Shown here in pieces: positions 10,209 to 22,100 of a stretch of DNA of 64,000 nucleotides. Every line of letters begins with the position of its first letter. The first letter of the stretch is position 1. This DNA comes from a virus, in the IMG/VR virus record IMGVR_UViG_3300042937_001707, positions 14,985 through 78,984 of that record. The stretch is one strand, 5' to 3'. Position numbers and translations under genes: made by a program. Below the pieces are notes generated by a model, which did no database searches, had not been told where the DNA came from, and saw nothing but the letters and a program-made list of their open reading frames with translations.

Positions 10209-12070
10209 TGATAGCAAATAACAGCATATTAACTAATGATAGTAATAGTTACGAAATTACTCAATTTTTTTACGCTCCGCAGGTAATTTTACCTCCAGAT
10301 AACAAAAATTTGCAATCTTTGTACGGGTTCATTTCTTATAATGACCCTTGGAACGAAACTTCTTACTCAAGTAATGCAGCTGAAACGATTATTATTAGAG
10401 ATGCTGCTATTATTGAAAATTCTAATAGTTTAATTATAGTAAACGAACCAACTCTGAATGATTTTTTTATTGGGCAAAAAGTTTCTCATGAAAACGTTCC
10501 AGCAAATACAGTAGTTGATCAAATAAATTATGAAGATTTTGTTTTAACGTTAAGTAAAAACGCAACGAAAACTTCAGTAGGTAAATTCACTTTTACTGGG
10601 TTTATTCCTAATGATAATAAAATAACTTTGAATGATAATGGGGCTTTGTCTAATAAGGATAATTTTTATTCTGATTGTGCGGTTAAAATTGATATTTTAA
10701 ACGATCCTGGAGAATTAAATTATTATAGAAGCGTAGTTGGATATGACGCTTCAACTAAAACGATAACTCTAAACGAGCCTTTAATGGATTATCCTCCAAT
10801 TAATAGTTCTTCTACTGTTACTTTAGTTAATGATAACGATCACCCACCAAAACCAAAAGATACCATAAAATATAAAAAACAAATATTTAAAAATATGTTT
10901 TATTTGAAGAAAATTACTTCAAATAATATTTCTCCGGTAGTAAGAAGAATAAATTGGTCTGAAGGGGAAGTATACGATTACTATAGAGATGATATTGATT
11001 TATATGAAAAAAATTCTGATGGAACTCCGGTATATAAATTCTATGTAATGAATCAATTTTATCAGGTATTTAAATGTCTTTGGAATAATAATGGTGGCGT
11101 TTCTACAGTAGAACCGTATTTCGTTGCTGGTAATTTTGATGATACTACTAATATTTTCTACGACCCAGACGATGGGTATAAATGGAAATATATGTTTACT
11201 ATTTCTTATGGTAAACTTCAGCAGTTTATGGATGAAAATTGGATTCCTATTCCAATTTCAACACCACCAGAAGCGAAATTTTCTAACGAAAAGGCTGGTG
11301 GAATAGAAGTAATAAATGTAACAAATGGTGGTTCTGGTTATGATTTATCATTAGCCCTTGTTGATGTTTCTATTATGGGAGACGGTTTGGGTGCTTCTGC
11401 CTATGCGGAAGTAGATCAAACAACAAAAAAAATTCAAAATATTGTAGTAAGAAATCCAGGATATAATTATACCACCGCTAACGTCGTTATATCTTCAGCA
11501 ACAGGAAATAATGCCTCTGCGATTGCTTCTATATCTCCAATAGGGGGAAATGGTGCAGATATTATGTCTGAGATGGGATGTGATCGAGTGATGGTCGCTT
11601 TCTTGTTTCAAGAATCTGAAGGTAATAAACTTCCAACAGACATGCAAATAAGACAAATAGGGTTACTTTCTAGTCCTACTGCTAATAGTACATATCCATA
11701 CGTTGCTAACGCGGAAACTTATGCCACATCTACTGATATTATTGTTTCTAACGGTTTTGGTACGTTTCAGGATGGAGAAATAGTATATCAGACACCAAAT
11801 AATGCAAATTTTGCAAACTCTACGTTTACTGCAACTTGCGTAAATTTCGAGTCAGCCCCAAATAAACTTAGACTGATTAACTTAAATGGTACTTATGTTA
11901 ATGGTTCTTCCATATATGGATTATCTTCTGGTACCGCCAGAACTTTGCTGCAAGTATTTGATCCAGATTTGATAAAGTATACAGGACACATAATCCATAT
12001 AGAAAACCGCCAAGAAATCCAGAGGAGCAGCGACGGTTTGGAATTATTCAGATTAGTCATAAAATTTTAA
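10208..12070 (+). CDS. gp8: Baseplate wedge subunit gp8 with inserted modules
   Basis: VVRRINWSEGEVYDYY, FYVMNQFYQVFKCLWNN, DGYKWKYMFTI, RQIGLL, IENRQEIQRSSDGLE. Start placed at the TAATG overlap (10208). Confidence 0.88.
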   Translation: MIANNSILTNDSNSYEITQFFYAPQVILPPDNKNLQSLYGFISYNDPWNETSYSSNAAETIIIRDAAIIENSNSLIIVNEPTLNDFFIGQKVSHENVPANTVVDQINYEDFVLTLSKNATKTSVGKFTFTGFIPNDNKITLNDNGALSNKDNFYSDCAVKIDILNDPGELNYYRSVVGYDASTKTITLNEPLMDYPPINSSSTVTLVNDNDHPPKPKDTIKYKKQIFKNMFYLKKITSNNISPVVRRINWSEGEVYDYYRDDIDLYEKNSDGTPVYKFYVMNQFYQVFKCLWNNNGGVSTVEPYFVAGNFDDTTNIFYDPDDGYKWKYMFTISYGKLQQFMDENWIPIPISTPPEAKFSNEKAGGIEVINVTNGGSGYDLSLALVDVSIMGDGLGASAYAEVDQTTKKIQNIVVRNPGYNYTTANVVISSATGNNASAIASISPIGGNGADIMSEMGCDRVMVAFLFQESEGNKLPTDMQIRQIGLLSSPTANSTYPYVANAETYATSTDIIVSNGFGTFQDGEIVYQTPNNANFANSTFTATCVNFESAPNKLRLINLNGTYVNGSSIYGLSSGTARTLLQVFDPDLIKYTGHIIHIENRQEIQRSSDGLELFRLVIKF

Positions 12071-12112
12071 CAAATAAATAGTTAAAAACATCTTTACTGA
12101 AGGAAAAGTTAA

Positions 12113-15100
12113 ATGCTAAATTTTAATGTTGAGCCGTACAGAGACGATTTCGATCCTAATAAACATTTTCACAGAATTCTTTTCAAACCTGGAAAAGCGA
12201 TTCAGGCAAGGGAATTGACTCAATCCCAAACGATTTTACAGGATCAAATTTCCAAATTTGCATTTCATATTTTTTCACAAAATACCCCAGTAACTGGAGG
12301 TAATGTAACCATCAATACCGATTGTTATTATCTTCGACTATTACCAGAATATGAAGAAAATTCTATTGATGTAAATAATTTTCTCAATAGAATCATTAGG
12401 GACGATACTGGAACTGTTATTGCTAGAGTTCTTGCAGTAGCAGAAGAAACTTTTGTTAACGAAGTTTCCGCAGAAGCCCCAACTTTAATTGTTTCTTATA
12501 TTTCCGGACAACAATTTGATGCTGGAGATATAATTTATTCTGCTGACGATTCTAATTTTACTGCACAATTAACTTCAGCAAATCATTCTGGAAAATCTTC
12601 TGTCGCTCATATTGCAGAAGGGGTTTTCTTTGTCGTAAATGGATATAGTTACTCAAATATTCAAAATCCAGACGGAACTTATTCAAAATATACTATTGGT
12701 AATTTTGTTGGAGTTCAACCGCAAATTGCAATTCTTGATAAGTATGGAAATAAACCAACATTAAGAGTGGGTTTAAATATAAACGAAACAGTTTATGATT
12801 ATGTTGACGACCCTTCTTTATTAGATCCAGCTATTGGTGCATCCAATTATCAGGCTCCTGGCGCAGATAGATACGTCATTGAATTGGATTTAGAAACCAG
12901 ACCTTTATCCATTGGTGACGACCAAAGCTTCATTGAATTGGTCAGAATGGAAGAAGGAGAAATAAAAAAGCAAGTAAACAATACTGTATATTCTGTTATT
13001 GATGATTATTTCGCCAAAAGGACTTCAGAAACAAACGGAAACTATATTGTAAACGATTTCGCATTTACGCCAAAAATAAATCCAGCAGACGCAAATTCTT
13101 ATATTATGACTGTAGGAAAGGGTGTTGCTTATGTAAATGGGTATAGAGTAGAAAATCAATCTGATATTGGCATTCTTGGTCAAAGAGCAAGAACAACAGA
13201 ATCTAGTAATAATGCGACTGTATATTTTGAGTATGGAAACTATTTCTATGTTGATAATTTAGAAGGGTTTTTCGAAATAACGAAATTACCAAAAGTAGAT
13301 ATTCATTGCGTACCTTATAATAATATAAATGTTTCTTCAACCACAGAATATAATAAAACTTTAGTCGGAACTTCTTATGTGAGGAACTTAGAACAATATT
13401 CTGGCGATATTTCTAATCCAGATTCTATCGTTTATAAAATGTTTGTTACCGATATACAAACAAGAAACATAAATGGGGCTGCGGCGAATACTGCACCAAC
13501 ATTTGACCGTTTATGGTTACAGTCTGGAACTTTTACTACTACTGCAAATGCTTATGTTGGAGTTACGGTTTCTATTACTTCTGGGTCTAGTGCCGGAGAT
13601 ACTAGAACAATCGTCGAATCTTACTCTAGCGGCATGATTGTAGTTAGCTCAAATTTTTCTGAAAGAATAGATTCCACTTCAAAATACACACTAAATTTTG
13701 GCATAAAAGACGCAGAAAGTATTGTACTATCCACTTCTCCCGTGTCAAAAACGATAAGAAGTAATATAAATTCTCAACACGGTAAAGAAAGAGGGTTTTC
13801 TACTGGTTATGCCAAATTGGTCGAGCCAAGCGATCCAGAAATGGTGTGGAACCTTGGACATTCTTATGTTAAACAATTAACAGATACCAGTTATCAGGGA
13901 ACATATCTATACGCAGACCAATCTTTACAATTCGCAAACGGTAAACTGGAATTATATTTAACGGCTCCAAATTCAACGACTTTCTCTGGTTCAGGTTCTT
14001 TAAGTGCAGATCAAATAAAATCGAATTTTATAGTGTCAAGAAGTGCTAATGGACAAATTTTGACCTTTGACACGATTTCAAGAAAAGTTATTGTAGAACC
14101 AACTAACAGACAGTCTGCTAAATTAGAAATTTCTAATCTCGGTAATATTTCTTTTGATATTGATATTATTTCTAAATTAAACGTCAATAATGCCGACGCT
14201 ACGAATATTTTAAGAACTAAAGAATTATACCAAGGCAATACTTCTTACTATTCAACAGGAACTTCTGTTGTCGATAAAGGTAATATTAGATTTAATTCGG
14301 CTTTAGGTCAAGTTTATATTCCCTTTGCAGAATTAGTACCAATAACACAAATACAAAGTTTATATGTTTGTGACGTAAAAAGGATTCTTAAAATATATGA
14401 AACAGCAAATTCTTCAACAGCCCCGAATTCCACTTTAACTAATGTAACAGACGTTACGAAATATTACACTTTTAATAGTGGACAAAAAGATTCGTATTAT
14501 GATCACGCATATATTCAATTAAATTTTGGCGCTCCAATAAGAAAAGGTAATTTATTAGTAATATTCGATTACTATTCACATTCTGGTGATATAGGTTACT
14601 TTAGCGTAATGTCTTATTTTAAGGGTGTAAGAAAAGAAGAATATTCCGAAGTATTAAATTCTAATTATACCGCTAAAAATGGCGATGTATATAGTGCGTC
14701 TGATAGTATTGACTTCAGACCAACCAGAAAAAATGGAGATGCAAATTTCGTTTTTGATAAAGATTACATTGTTCCAAATTACCTAACTGCATTTACTGGA
14801 GATTATGAATACTATCTAGGTAGAAAGGACATTTTAATATTAACAAAAGATAGAACATTTGAAATCGTACAAGGAGTTCCTGCGCAATATCCAAAATTTC
14901 CAACCATACCAGATGCTTCTATGGATATTGCCAAAATAAATTTAGACCCATATACAGCATATATAACTGGAGAAAATTCAAAAGTAACAAATATTGCAAT
15001 TCAAAAAATAGCCCATAAAACATGGAAGATGAAGAACATTTCCGATTTGGAAAAGAGAGTTAATAATATTGAATATTATACTTCCCTAAGTTTATTAGAA

Positions 15101-18100
15101 AAGAACGCGGAATCTTTACAAATTCCAGACGAAAACGGATTAAATAGGTTTAAATATGGTATACTAGCAGATGATTTTACTGGATTCTCTGCTTCTGATA
15201 CTGCAAATTACGACTTCAATAGCGCTGTATTAAAACTTGAAAGGTCTTTAACTGCTTCACATACAGTAGAAAATTGGAAGTTGCAGTGTTCTGCTCTTTC
15301 TAGAAATATGGGAGCGATTGATAATTCTCAATTAACAGATTTTGCAATAACAAGCAACAAAACAAATAAATTCTACACGTTACCATTTACAAAAAAACCA
15401 GTTATTGAACAAAAACTAGCAAGCAGAACTATAAACGTCAACCCTGTTGCTGTTATTGATGTTGTTGGAGACTTGGATTTGTCCCCTCCAATGGATACTT
15501 ATGTCGATAACTTAAAACTACCAAGTTTATTGATAGCCGACCCAGCGTTTAAATTCTATGAACCATCCGATCAAGTAAATCTTTTAAGTCAGTCTGATTG
15601 GAAACTCGTTGCTGGAACTACTACAGAAAAATTGGTTGATACAACTAGAATAGTTGATTCTGCTGGTGGTACTACTATAACAAAAGAGTTCCTAAAAACT
15701 TGGCAAGAATCGAGGGATAGTTTATATGGATACTACAAAGATTTAAATACAAACTTTATAGAAACCAACGATTTCATTACAGATATTAATATAATGCCCT
15801 TTGTTCGAGCGCAAGAAATTGAGTTTAAAACTAAAGGTTTATTAATTAATACCCCGCTAAATTGTTATTTCGATAACGTAAACATTAACGAAAACGTCAG
15901 ATTACCAAATCTTCTAAAAGTTGCGGTTTCTGGTGGAGAATTTAAAGAAGGTGATGTTATTGGTTATTTATCTGCAGGGGTTTTCGTTCCTACAGGAAAA
16001 ATACTCGGGGTTGCATATGAACCAGTTTCTAGATTTCCTTCTGGTGCTCTAACGACTCTAAGACTAAGAATGCTTCACCAATACCTATATGTTGTTGGAG
16101 ATATTGGTATTACAAGATATGCGGCTCCAGACACCAATTCGATTAATGTTGGCGTATTTAATACAAACGGAAGTTTTTCTAGGACAACCGCTTCTGGCGT
16201 TTTAGTAGAAACGTTACATTCGTCTGGATTATTAGGGGCTGTTTCTGGAGGAACTGCGCAAACAGCAGATTTATACGAAGACGAAACCGGGAGAGACTAT
16301 TCAGCAATAAGTAGAGCAGAATCTTTGGGTCAAAATAATAATACATATTTACCAAAAACCCTATTTAAGAGAACGGTTCGTAGGCAATTGGGAGTAACTT
16401 CAATTACTTTATCGTCAATGGCTTCTTCTACTAATAATTTTTATAAAGATGCTATTGTTACTATTTTCAATCCAAATCCAATAAATGACGAATGGAGCAG
16501 TTCTGCAGTAATTTCTGCTTATAATGGGTCTACTAAAGTAGCAACATTATCCACAACAATAAATGTAGAAATTTCTTCTGCCACTATTTACTCTATAAGT
16601 AGAAATACTTCTATTTTCAAAACTTCTGCTTCTACACCATTAGCAACTTCAAGAAATAACCCAGTTAATTTCTCAGAACCAATGCCGTTTATGTCTTCTG
16701 TTAATGGTATGTTTTGTGGTATATTTAAAGTTCCTGGTGGTAAGTTTTTCTCTGGAACTAAAGTTTTCAGAGTGGATAATGGTATTGATGGTAATGCAAA
16801 TTCTGCTACAACATACGCAGAATCGTCCTTCTTTGCTTCAAACTTGGCGACGCAAAGTCAAAGTTTACAATTTGCGTCAAAAATACCTGGATGGACAGAA
16901 ACGGATAAAATCAACAAGAGTTCTACTAGGAAGGAGCAAGAATATATTGCCCCACCTCCACCTCCTCCACCACCAGAAGACCCTTTGTGTCAATCTTTTA
17001 TCGTCGAAGGAAATTTATATCCTAATGGGGTTTTCTTAAAATCTTTAAGTCTATTTTTTAGAACAAGGTCTATAGATCAACCAATTTATATTTATTTGGT
17101 TGAAACATTAAATGGGTATCCTACATCAAAGGTTCTTGAAAATTCTAAAGTCATCATAGACCCATTAGTTGTAAATACTTCCGAAAGACCTCATTACTTG
17201 GATCAAAATTCAAAAACAACATTTGAATTTGATGTTCCAGTATACATCAAACCCGACATTTTGTACGCATTTGTTGTTAGATCTTCTTCTTTGGAGTATA
17301 CTTGCTGGTTGGCTGCTCAAAACGATTTTGCGTTGGCGTCAACTTCAAAAAATCTTCCAACAGACCCAGACCCACAAACAACAGCTAAATTGAGTTCTAA
17401 TCCATATGTTGGAACGTTATTTGTATCTCAAAACGCAATAACTTGGAGCGCTGAACAAACAAAATCGTTAATGTTTACCATTGATGCTTGTGAATTCGAC
17501 GTTTCCAAAACTCCGAATATTGATTTTGTCATCCCAAAAAGCGCCCCAAGATCTAAGCCAATAGATTTTGCTTCTGCGTATTTTAAAGATGATTTACAAG
17601 TTATTGCTAATACAACATATTCTGTATTCTCGCAAAGAAATTCTATTGAATATGATAAGTTGAATCTATCAACTTCGGATTTCACTCCAACACAGACTAA
17701 AATAAATTATTCTTATGATACAACACCAAAAAATACTTGGTTGTTAACAGGAACAAAAACTCCTATTAATCCTGGTAGGTATGGAACTCCTTCTGCTGAT
17801 CAGTTTTTAACTGATGGTAGGGGTGCTAGAATTATTGCTGGAAATAGTAATAATTCTTTAGTTATGACTGCGCAATTAACATCTTCAAATAAATGGGTTA
17901 GCCCCATGATTTCTGATGATGGTGTTTCTTTATATACAACAAAATGGTTGATTAACGATCTAGGAGTATATGATTATAATATCAATATTGTTGATGGGGG
18001 TAAAAATTACTCCAACACGACTACTGGAGTAAGAATAGAAGCTGATGGTTATGGGGTTGGTGCACTTGCAGACGTTGTTGTTGATCCGTCTAATGGAAAT

Positions 18101-18880
18101 TCTATTTCTAAAATAGTATTTGCTAATAATGGACGTAATTATGCAGTAAGACCTAAATTATATCTTTCTACAATATCTACTGCAAATACTGTATCTGGTA
18201 ATGATAATATCATATTTAAAACAGAAAATGGGAGCATTGCTAATGGTTCTATTTGGTATGGTCAATCTATATCTAATGGTAATAGTTCGTTTGTTACAAC
18301 AGTAGTTTCTGCAAACAATGCCAATGGTTGGGTTACGGTTTCTAATAATGTATTTGGAACTTCGACGAATCAAACTTTCTATATCGATGGAGAACCAAGA
18401 TTTGAAAATGGAAAACCCGCGATTATTATAAATTGCGAAACTTGTACTAGAACAGGAAACGGTCTGGCAAAATATATTTCTAAACGGGTTGTTCTTGCTC
18501 CTGGAGATGAAGCCGGAGATCTAAGAGTTTATTATACTGCATATAAACCATTGAATACAGAAATATATGTTTATTATAAGATTCTTTCTGGAGAAGACGA
18601 ACAAAAATTTGATGATGGAACTTGGCAAATAATGACTCCAATTTCTTCTACTAATAGGGTTTCCTCTACAAGAACAGATTTAATTGAATATGTTGCTGCT
18701 CCAGGTAAGGATAATATAGCTAATAATAATATTGTTTACACCAGTAGTTCTGGAGCAACATATTCAACATTTAACCAATTTGCTATTAAGGTGGTAATGA
18801 CAACTACAGATCCTACATATGTTCCTTTCTTAACTGATATTAGGGCAATTGCTCTTCCTGCTGGAACTGGAATGAGGTAA
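12113..18880 (+). CDS. Very large virion structural protein (VrlC/DUF4815-like)
   Basis: NVEPYRDDFD...ILFKPGKAIQARELTQSQTILQDQI, APGADRY, RVNNIEYYTSLSLLE, NRFKYGILADDF, DPLCQSF, FAIKVVM...DIRAIAL. Confidence 0.85.
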   Translation: MLNFNVEPYRDDFDPNKHFHRILFKPGKAIQARELTQSQTILQDQISKFAFHIFSQNTPVTGGNVTINTDCYYLRLLPEYEENSIDVNNFLNRIIRDDTGTVIARVLAVAEETFVNEVSAEAPTLIVSYISGQQFDAGDIIYSADDSNFTAQLTSANHSGKSSVAHIAEGVFFVVNGYSYSNIQNPDGTYSKYTIGNFVGVQPQIAILDKYGNKPTLRVGLNINETVYDYVDDPSLLDPAIGASNYQAPGADRYVIELDLETRPLSIGDDQSFIELVRMEEGEIKKQVNNTVYSVIDDYFAKRTSETNGNYIVNDFAFTPKINPADANSYIMTVGKGVAYVNGYRVENQSDIGILGQRARTTESSNNATVYFEYGNYFYVDNLEGFFEITKLPKVDIHCVPYNNINVSSTTEYNKTLVGTSYVRNLEQYSGDISNPDSIVYKMFVTDIQTRNINGAAANTAPTFDRLWLQSGTFTTTANAYVGVTVSITSGSSAGDTRTIVESYSSGMIVVSSNFSERIDSTSKYTLNFGIKDAESIVLSTSPVSKTIRSNINSQHGKERGFSTGYAKLVEPSDPEMVWNLGHSYVKQLTDTSYQGTYLYADQSLQFANGKLELYLTAPNSTTFSGSGSLSADQIKSNFIVSRSANGQILTFDTISRKVIVEPTNRQSAKLEISNLGNISFDIDIISKLNVNNADATNILRTKELYQGNTSYYSTGTSVVDKGNIRFNSALGQVYIPFAELVPITQIQSLYVCDVKRILKIYETANSSTAPNSTLTNVTDVTKYYTFNSGQKDSYYDHAYIQLNFGAPIRKGNLLVIFDYYSHSGDIGYFSVMSYFKGVRKEEYSEVLNSNYTAKNGDVYSASDSIDFRPTRKNGDANFVFDKDYIVPNYLTAFTGDYEYYLGRKDILILTKDRTFEIVQGVPAQYPKFPTIPDASMDIAKINLDPYTAYITGENSKVTNIAIQKIAHKTWKMKNISDLEKRVNNIEYYTSLSLLEKNAESLQIPDENGLNRFKYGILADDFTGFSASDTANYDFNSAVLKLERSLTASHTVENWKLQCSALSRNMGAIDNSQLTDFAITSNKTNKFYTLPFTKKPVIEQKLASRTINVNPVAVIDVVGDLDLSPPMDTYVDNLKLPSLLIADPAFKFYEPSDQVNLLSQSDWKLVAGTTTEKLVDTTRIVDSAGGTTITKEFLKTWQESRDSLYGYYKDLNTNFIETNDFITDINIMPFVRAQEIEFKTKGLLINTPLNCYFDNVNINENVRLPNLLKVAVSGGEFKEGDVIGYLSAGVFVPTGKILGVAYEPVSRFPSGALTTLRLRMLHQYLYVVGDIGITRYAAPDTNSINVGVFNTNGSFSRTTASGVLVETLHSSGLLGAVSGGTAQTADLYEDETGRDYSAISRAESLGQNNNTYLPKTLFKRTVRRQLGVTSITLSSMASSTNNFYKDAIVTIFNPNPINDEWSSSAVISAYNGSTKVATLSTTINVEISSATIYSISRNTSIFKTSASTPLATSRNNPVNFSEPMPFMSSVNGMFCGIFKVPGGKFFSGTKVFRVDNGIDGNANSATTYAESSFFASNLATQSQSLQFASKIPGWTETDKINKSSTRKEQEYIAPPPPPPPPEDPLCQSFIVEGNLYPNGVFLKSLSLFFRTRSIDQPIYIYLVETLNGYPTSKVLENSKVIIDPLVVNTSERPHYLDQNSKTTFEFDVPVYIKPDILYAFVVRSSSLEYTCWLAAQNDFALASTSKNLPTDPDPQTTAKLSSNPYVGTLFVSQNAITWSAEQTKSLMFTIDACEFDVSKTPNIDFVIPKSAPRSKPIDFASAYFKDDLQVIANTTYSVFSQRNSIEYDKLNLSTSDFTPTQTKINYSYDTTPKNTWLLTGTKTPINPGRYGTPSADQFLTDGRGARIIAGNSNNSLVMTAQLTSSNKWVSPMISDDGVSLYTTKWLINDLGVYDYNINIVDGGKNYSNTTTGVRIEADGYGVGALADVVVDPSNGNSISKIVFANNGRNYAVRPKLYLSTISTANTVSGNDNIIFKTENGSIANGSIWYGQSISNGNSSFVTTVVSANNANGWVTVSNNVFGTSTNQTFYIDGEPRFENGKPAIIINCETCTRTGNGLAKYISKRVVLAPGDEAGDLRVYYTAYKPLNTEIYVYYKILSGEDEQKFDDGTWQIMTPISSTNRVSSTRTDLIEYVAAPGKDNIANNNIVYTSSSGATYSTFNQFAIKVVMTTTDPTYVPFLTDIRAIALPAGTGMR

Positions 18881-18881
18881 T

Positions 18882-19112
18882 ATGTTAGTAAAAACTGAGG
18901 AAGGAAACTTTATTAGGGATACAGAATCTATGGCGCTTCTTAATACTGATAGAAGCGCCAGAGAAGAATATTTCATGAAAGCGAAAATGTTACATATACA
19001 AAAGACAGAAATTGCTAATATAAATAATGAGATAGATTCGTTAAAAAACGACATAGGTGATATTAAATCTATGCTAATTCAATTAATATCGGATAAAACT
19101 AATGGCAAATAA
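18882..19112 (+). CDS. Small coiled-coil hypothetical protein following the VrlC-like gene
   Basis: 76 aa, IRDTESMALLNTD and an EIDSLKNDIGDIKSML heptad; GAGG SD. Confidence 0.75.
   Translation: MLVKTEEGNFIRDTESMALLNTDRSAREEYFMKAKMLHIQKTEIANINNEIDSLKNDIGDIKSMLIQLISDKTNGK
19019..19026 (+). promoter_or_regulatory. Possible T4-type late promoter (intragenic, upstream of the long fibre gene)
   Basis: TATAAATA about 75 nt before ATG 19102. Confidence 0.45.
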
Positions 19113-22100
19113 TATAACCAATATCTATTTCTCTAATACTTTCGGTGATTTAGTAAGAACCGCAAATAACCTAGTAAACGCTTGGCAATATTTGGGGTTT
19201 TATGATTGGGATAAACCTTCTGGAACTTTTTCTATATCAAGTTCTGGAACTGGGTTTCTTTCCAATACGATATCAGTATTTTCTAGAGAAACTAGGGTAG
19301 AAGGTGTTGGCAGTAGTTTATACGTCCAAAATAATGCTGAAGTGGGGAAAACTCTATCTCTCACAGATAGAGCGAATAACGTAACGTTGTATTCGAACGG
19401 AACTTCAATATTTTCTGGTGGATATCAAAATTATGCTTCTTACTTAACCGGAATTGGTTATGAAAATGTTAACAATAGTTACGGTATAGTTACTCTTGCT
19501 AAATCTCTATTTGCCAATAGCGTAGATATTCTAGAAACAGCCAATGTAAATTTAATACAAGCAAACAATCAAATAATTTATTACAATTTATCTGGGAATA
19601 CTGCACAATTTTCTGCGAACGTTACAGTTGGAAATTTGGTAAGTAATAATTTTATATATGCTGCAAATAATATTTCTACTAATAGAAATTTATTTGTGTC
19701 TGTAAATTCTCATGTTATAGGTTTATCTTATACCGATAGATTGCAGGCAAATACTTCTGCAAATACTAGATATCTTTCTGTAACTGATGACGCCTTTGTA
19801 GATTACTTGCAAGCGAATACAAATTTACAAACAGGGGTTGCTGTTGCAAATACGAGAGTCGTTACTGGTATTGTTCAAGCGAATAATACTGTTATTGCTA
19901 ATACAGTTACTGCTAACTCAATAGTTACTTCGCCAACATTACATGGTAGTAGTAACGTATTCAGCGGATATGTACAAGCTAATACCAGAATCGTTACTGG
20001 TATTGTTCAAGCAAATAATACCGTTATTGCTAATACCGTTTCCGCCAACTCTTTGGTTACTACTCCAACGTTGCATGGTAGCAGTAACGTATTCACCGAT
20101 TATGTTCAAGCTAATACGAGAGTTGTTACAGGTATAGTTCAAGCTAATACTAACATATTTACTGCAACAATCTCTGCTAATAGTTCTATAGTTACTCCTA
20201 CAGTTCAAGCTTCTTCGAACGTTTATACAGGATTTCTTAAAGCAAATAATTTAATTGTTACTGATGTTATTGAATCTCAATCTAGAGTTATAACAGATAC
20301 TGCTTTAGCTAATACTAGAATAATTACAGCGACTTTACAATCTAATAATTCTATACTATCAAACGACATTTTAGCTAACACTAGAGTAGTTACTGGTATT
20401 GTTCAAGCGAACACCCACATATATACCGACTACGCTCAAGCTAACACTAGAGTAGTTACTGGTATTGTTCAAGCTAATACTAACGTAATAACTAATGATG
20501 TTTTAGCAAATACTAGAGTTGTTGCAGGATTCGTTCAAGCAAACAATACCGTAATATCTAATACTATTTCTGCTAATACTGTTGTTACTTCTCCTACTTT
20601 ACATGGTAGTAGTAATGTATTTTCTGGATATGTTCAGGCTAATACTAGAGTTGTAACAGGTATTGTTCAGGCAAATAATATAGTTCATTCTAATACTGTT
20701 TCTGCTAATACTGTTGTTACTTCTCCTACTTTACATGGTAGTAGTAATGTATTCTCTGGATATATTCAGGCTAATACTAGAGTTGTCACTGAAACTGTTC
20801 AATCTAATACTAATGTAATAACTAATGATGTTTTAGCAAATACTAGAGTTGTCACTGAAACTGTTCAATCTAATACTAATGTAATAACTAATGATGTTTT
20901 AGCAAATACTAGAGTTGTGACAGGTATTGTCCAAGCTAATACTAATGTAATAACTAATGATGTTTTAGCAAATACTAGAGTTGTGACAGGTATTGTCCAA
21001 GCTAATACTAGAGTTGTCACTGAAACTGTTCAATCTAATACTAATGTAATAACTAATACTGTTTCAGCTAATTCATTAGTTACTTCTCCTACTTTACACG
21101 GTAGTAGTAACGTATTTACTGCGATTTTGCAAGCAAATAGTGCAGCAAACACTCAAAACCTATCAGTAACTCAGAGAATATTTACAAATGATTTTATATC
21201 TAATACTAACATTTTAGTAGTAAATAATGCAAATACTACCAATTTATACGCATCAAATCTAGTTCAAGCTAATAGTGTAGGATATCTAGATAACAGCCAA
21301 AATCCATCTGTATATAATGTATATTCAAGAGAAGCACTATTCAATAATGCTTCGATAGTTTCAAACATGGTTGTTGGAGGAGACTTAAAAGTTTTAGGGG
21401 CTACTCAGTATGATGGTAAATCAATAAGATTAAGTGCTAACAGCCCTTCTTGGTGGACCAACACCATTCCTGCAGAACTGATTGTTAATAGAAAATTAGA
21501 TGAGGCAAATGGTATATGGTATTCTGCAAACTCTGACGCAGCAATATCTTGGTCCGATCTATCTTTAAGATGGAGAGCAGTCGATGTTCCTAATTCTACC
21601 GCCAACAGTAAAATTTATACTAATTTATTGCTAGAGTTAGATATTGCTGATAATCTAAATGAAACTAGTTCCGTAAGAGTTCCTTCTTCTAGAGTACATT
21701 CTCTAACAAGAACACACGCAAATTCTGCATTCTTAAATTCTAATTCTGCTTATACACATGCAAATTCTGTTTATACACACGCAAATTCAGCAATAACTAT
21801 AGGGACAACGCCAGTATATTTAAATAGAACTAATACAGTTTTTGGTGGTATATCAACATTGTCGGTAACAGGAACAACATTATCTAACTTTGTTGTTGCA
21901 AACACTAATGTAATTTCTCCAATAGTTGTTTCAAACAGCTTACAAGCAAACAATTTTGCTAATACCCAAAATCTTTCTGTAACCCAAACAATATTTACTA
22001 GAGATTTTCGAGCAAACAACGACGCTTTTATTGCTGAAGAAGCAAATGTTAATAATAAATTAGTGGTTTCGGGGTTAACTGGACAAATAGACCTAAAACC

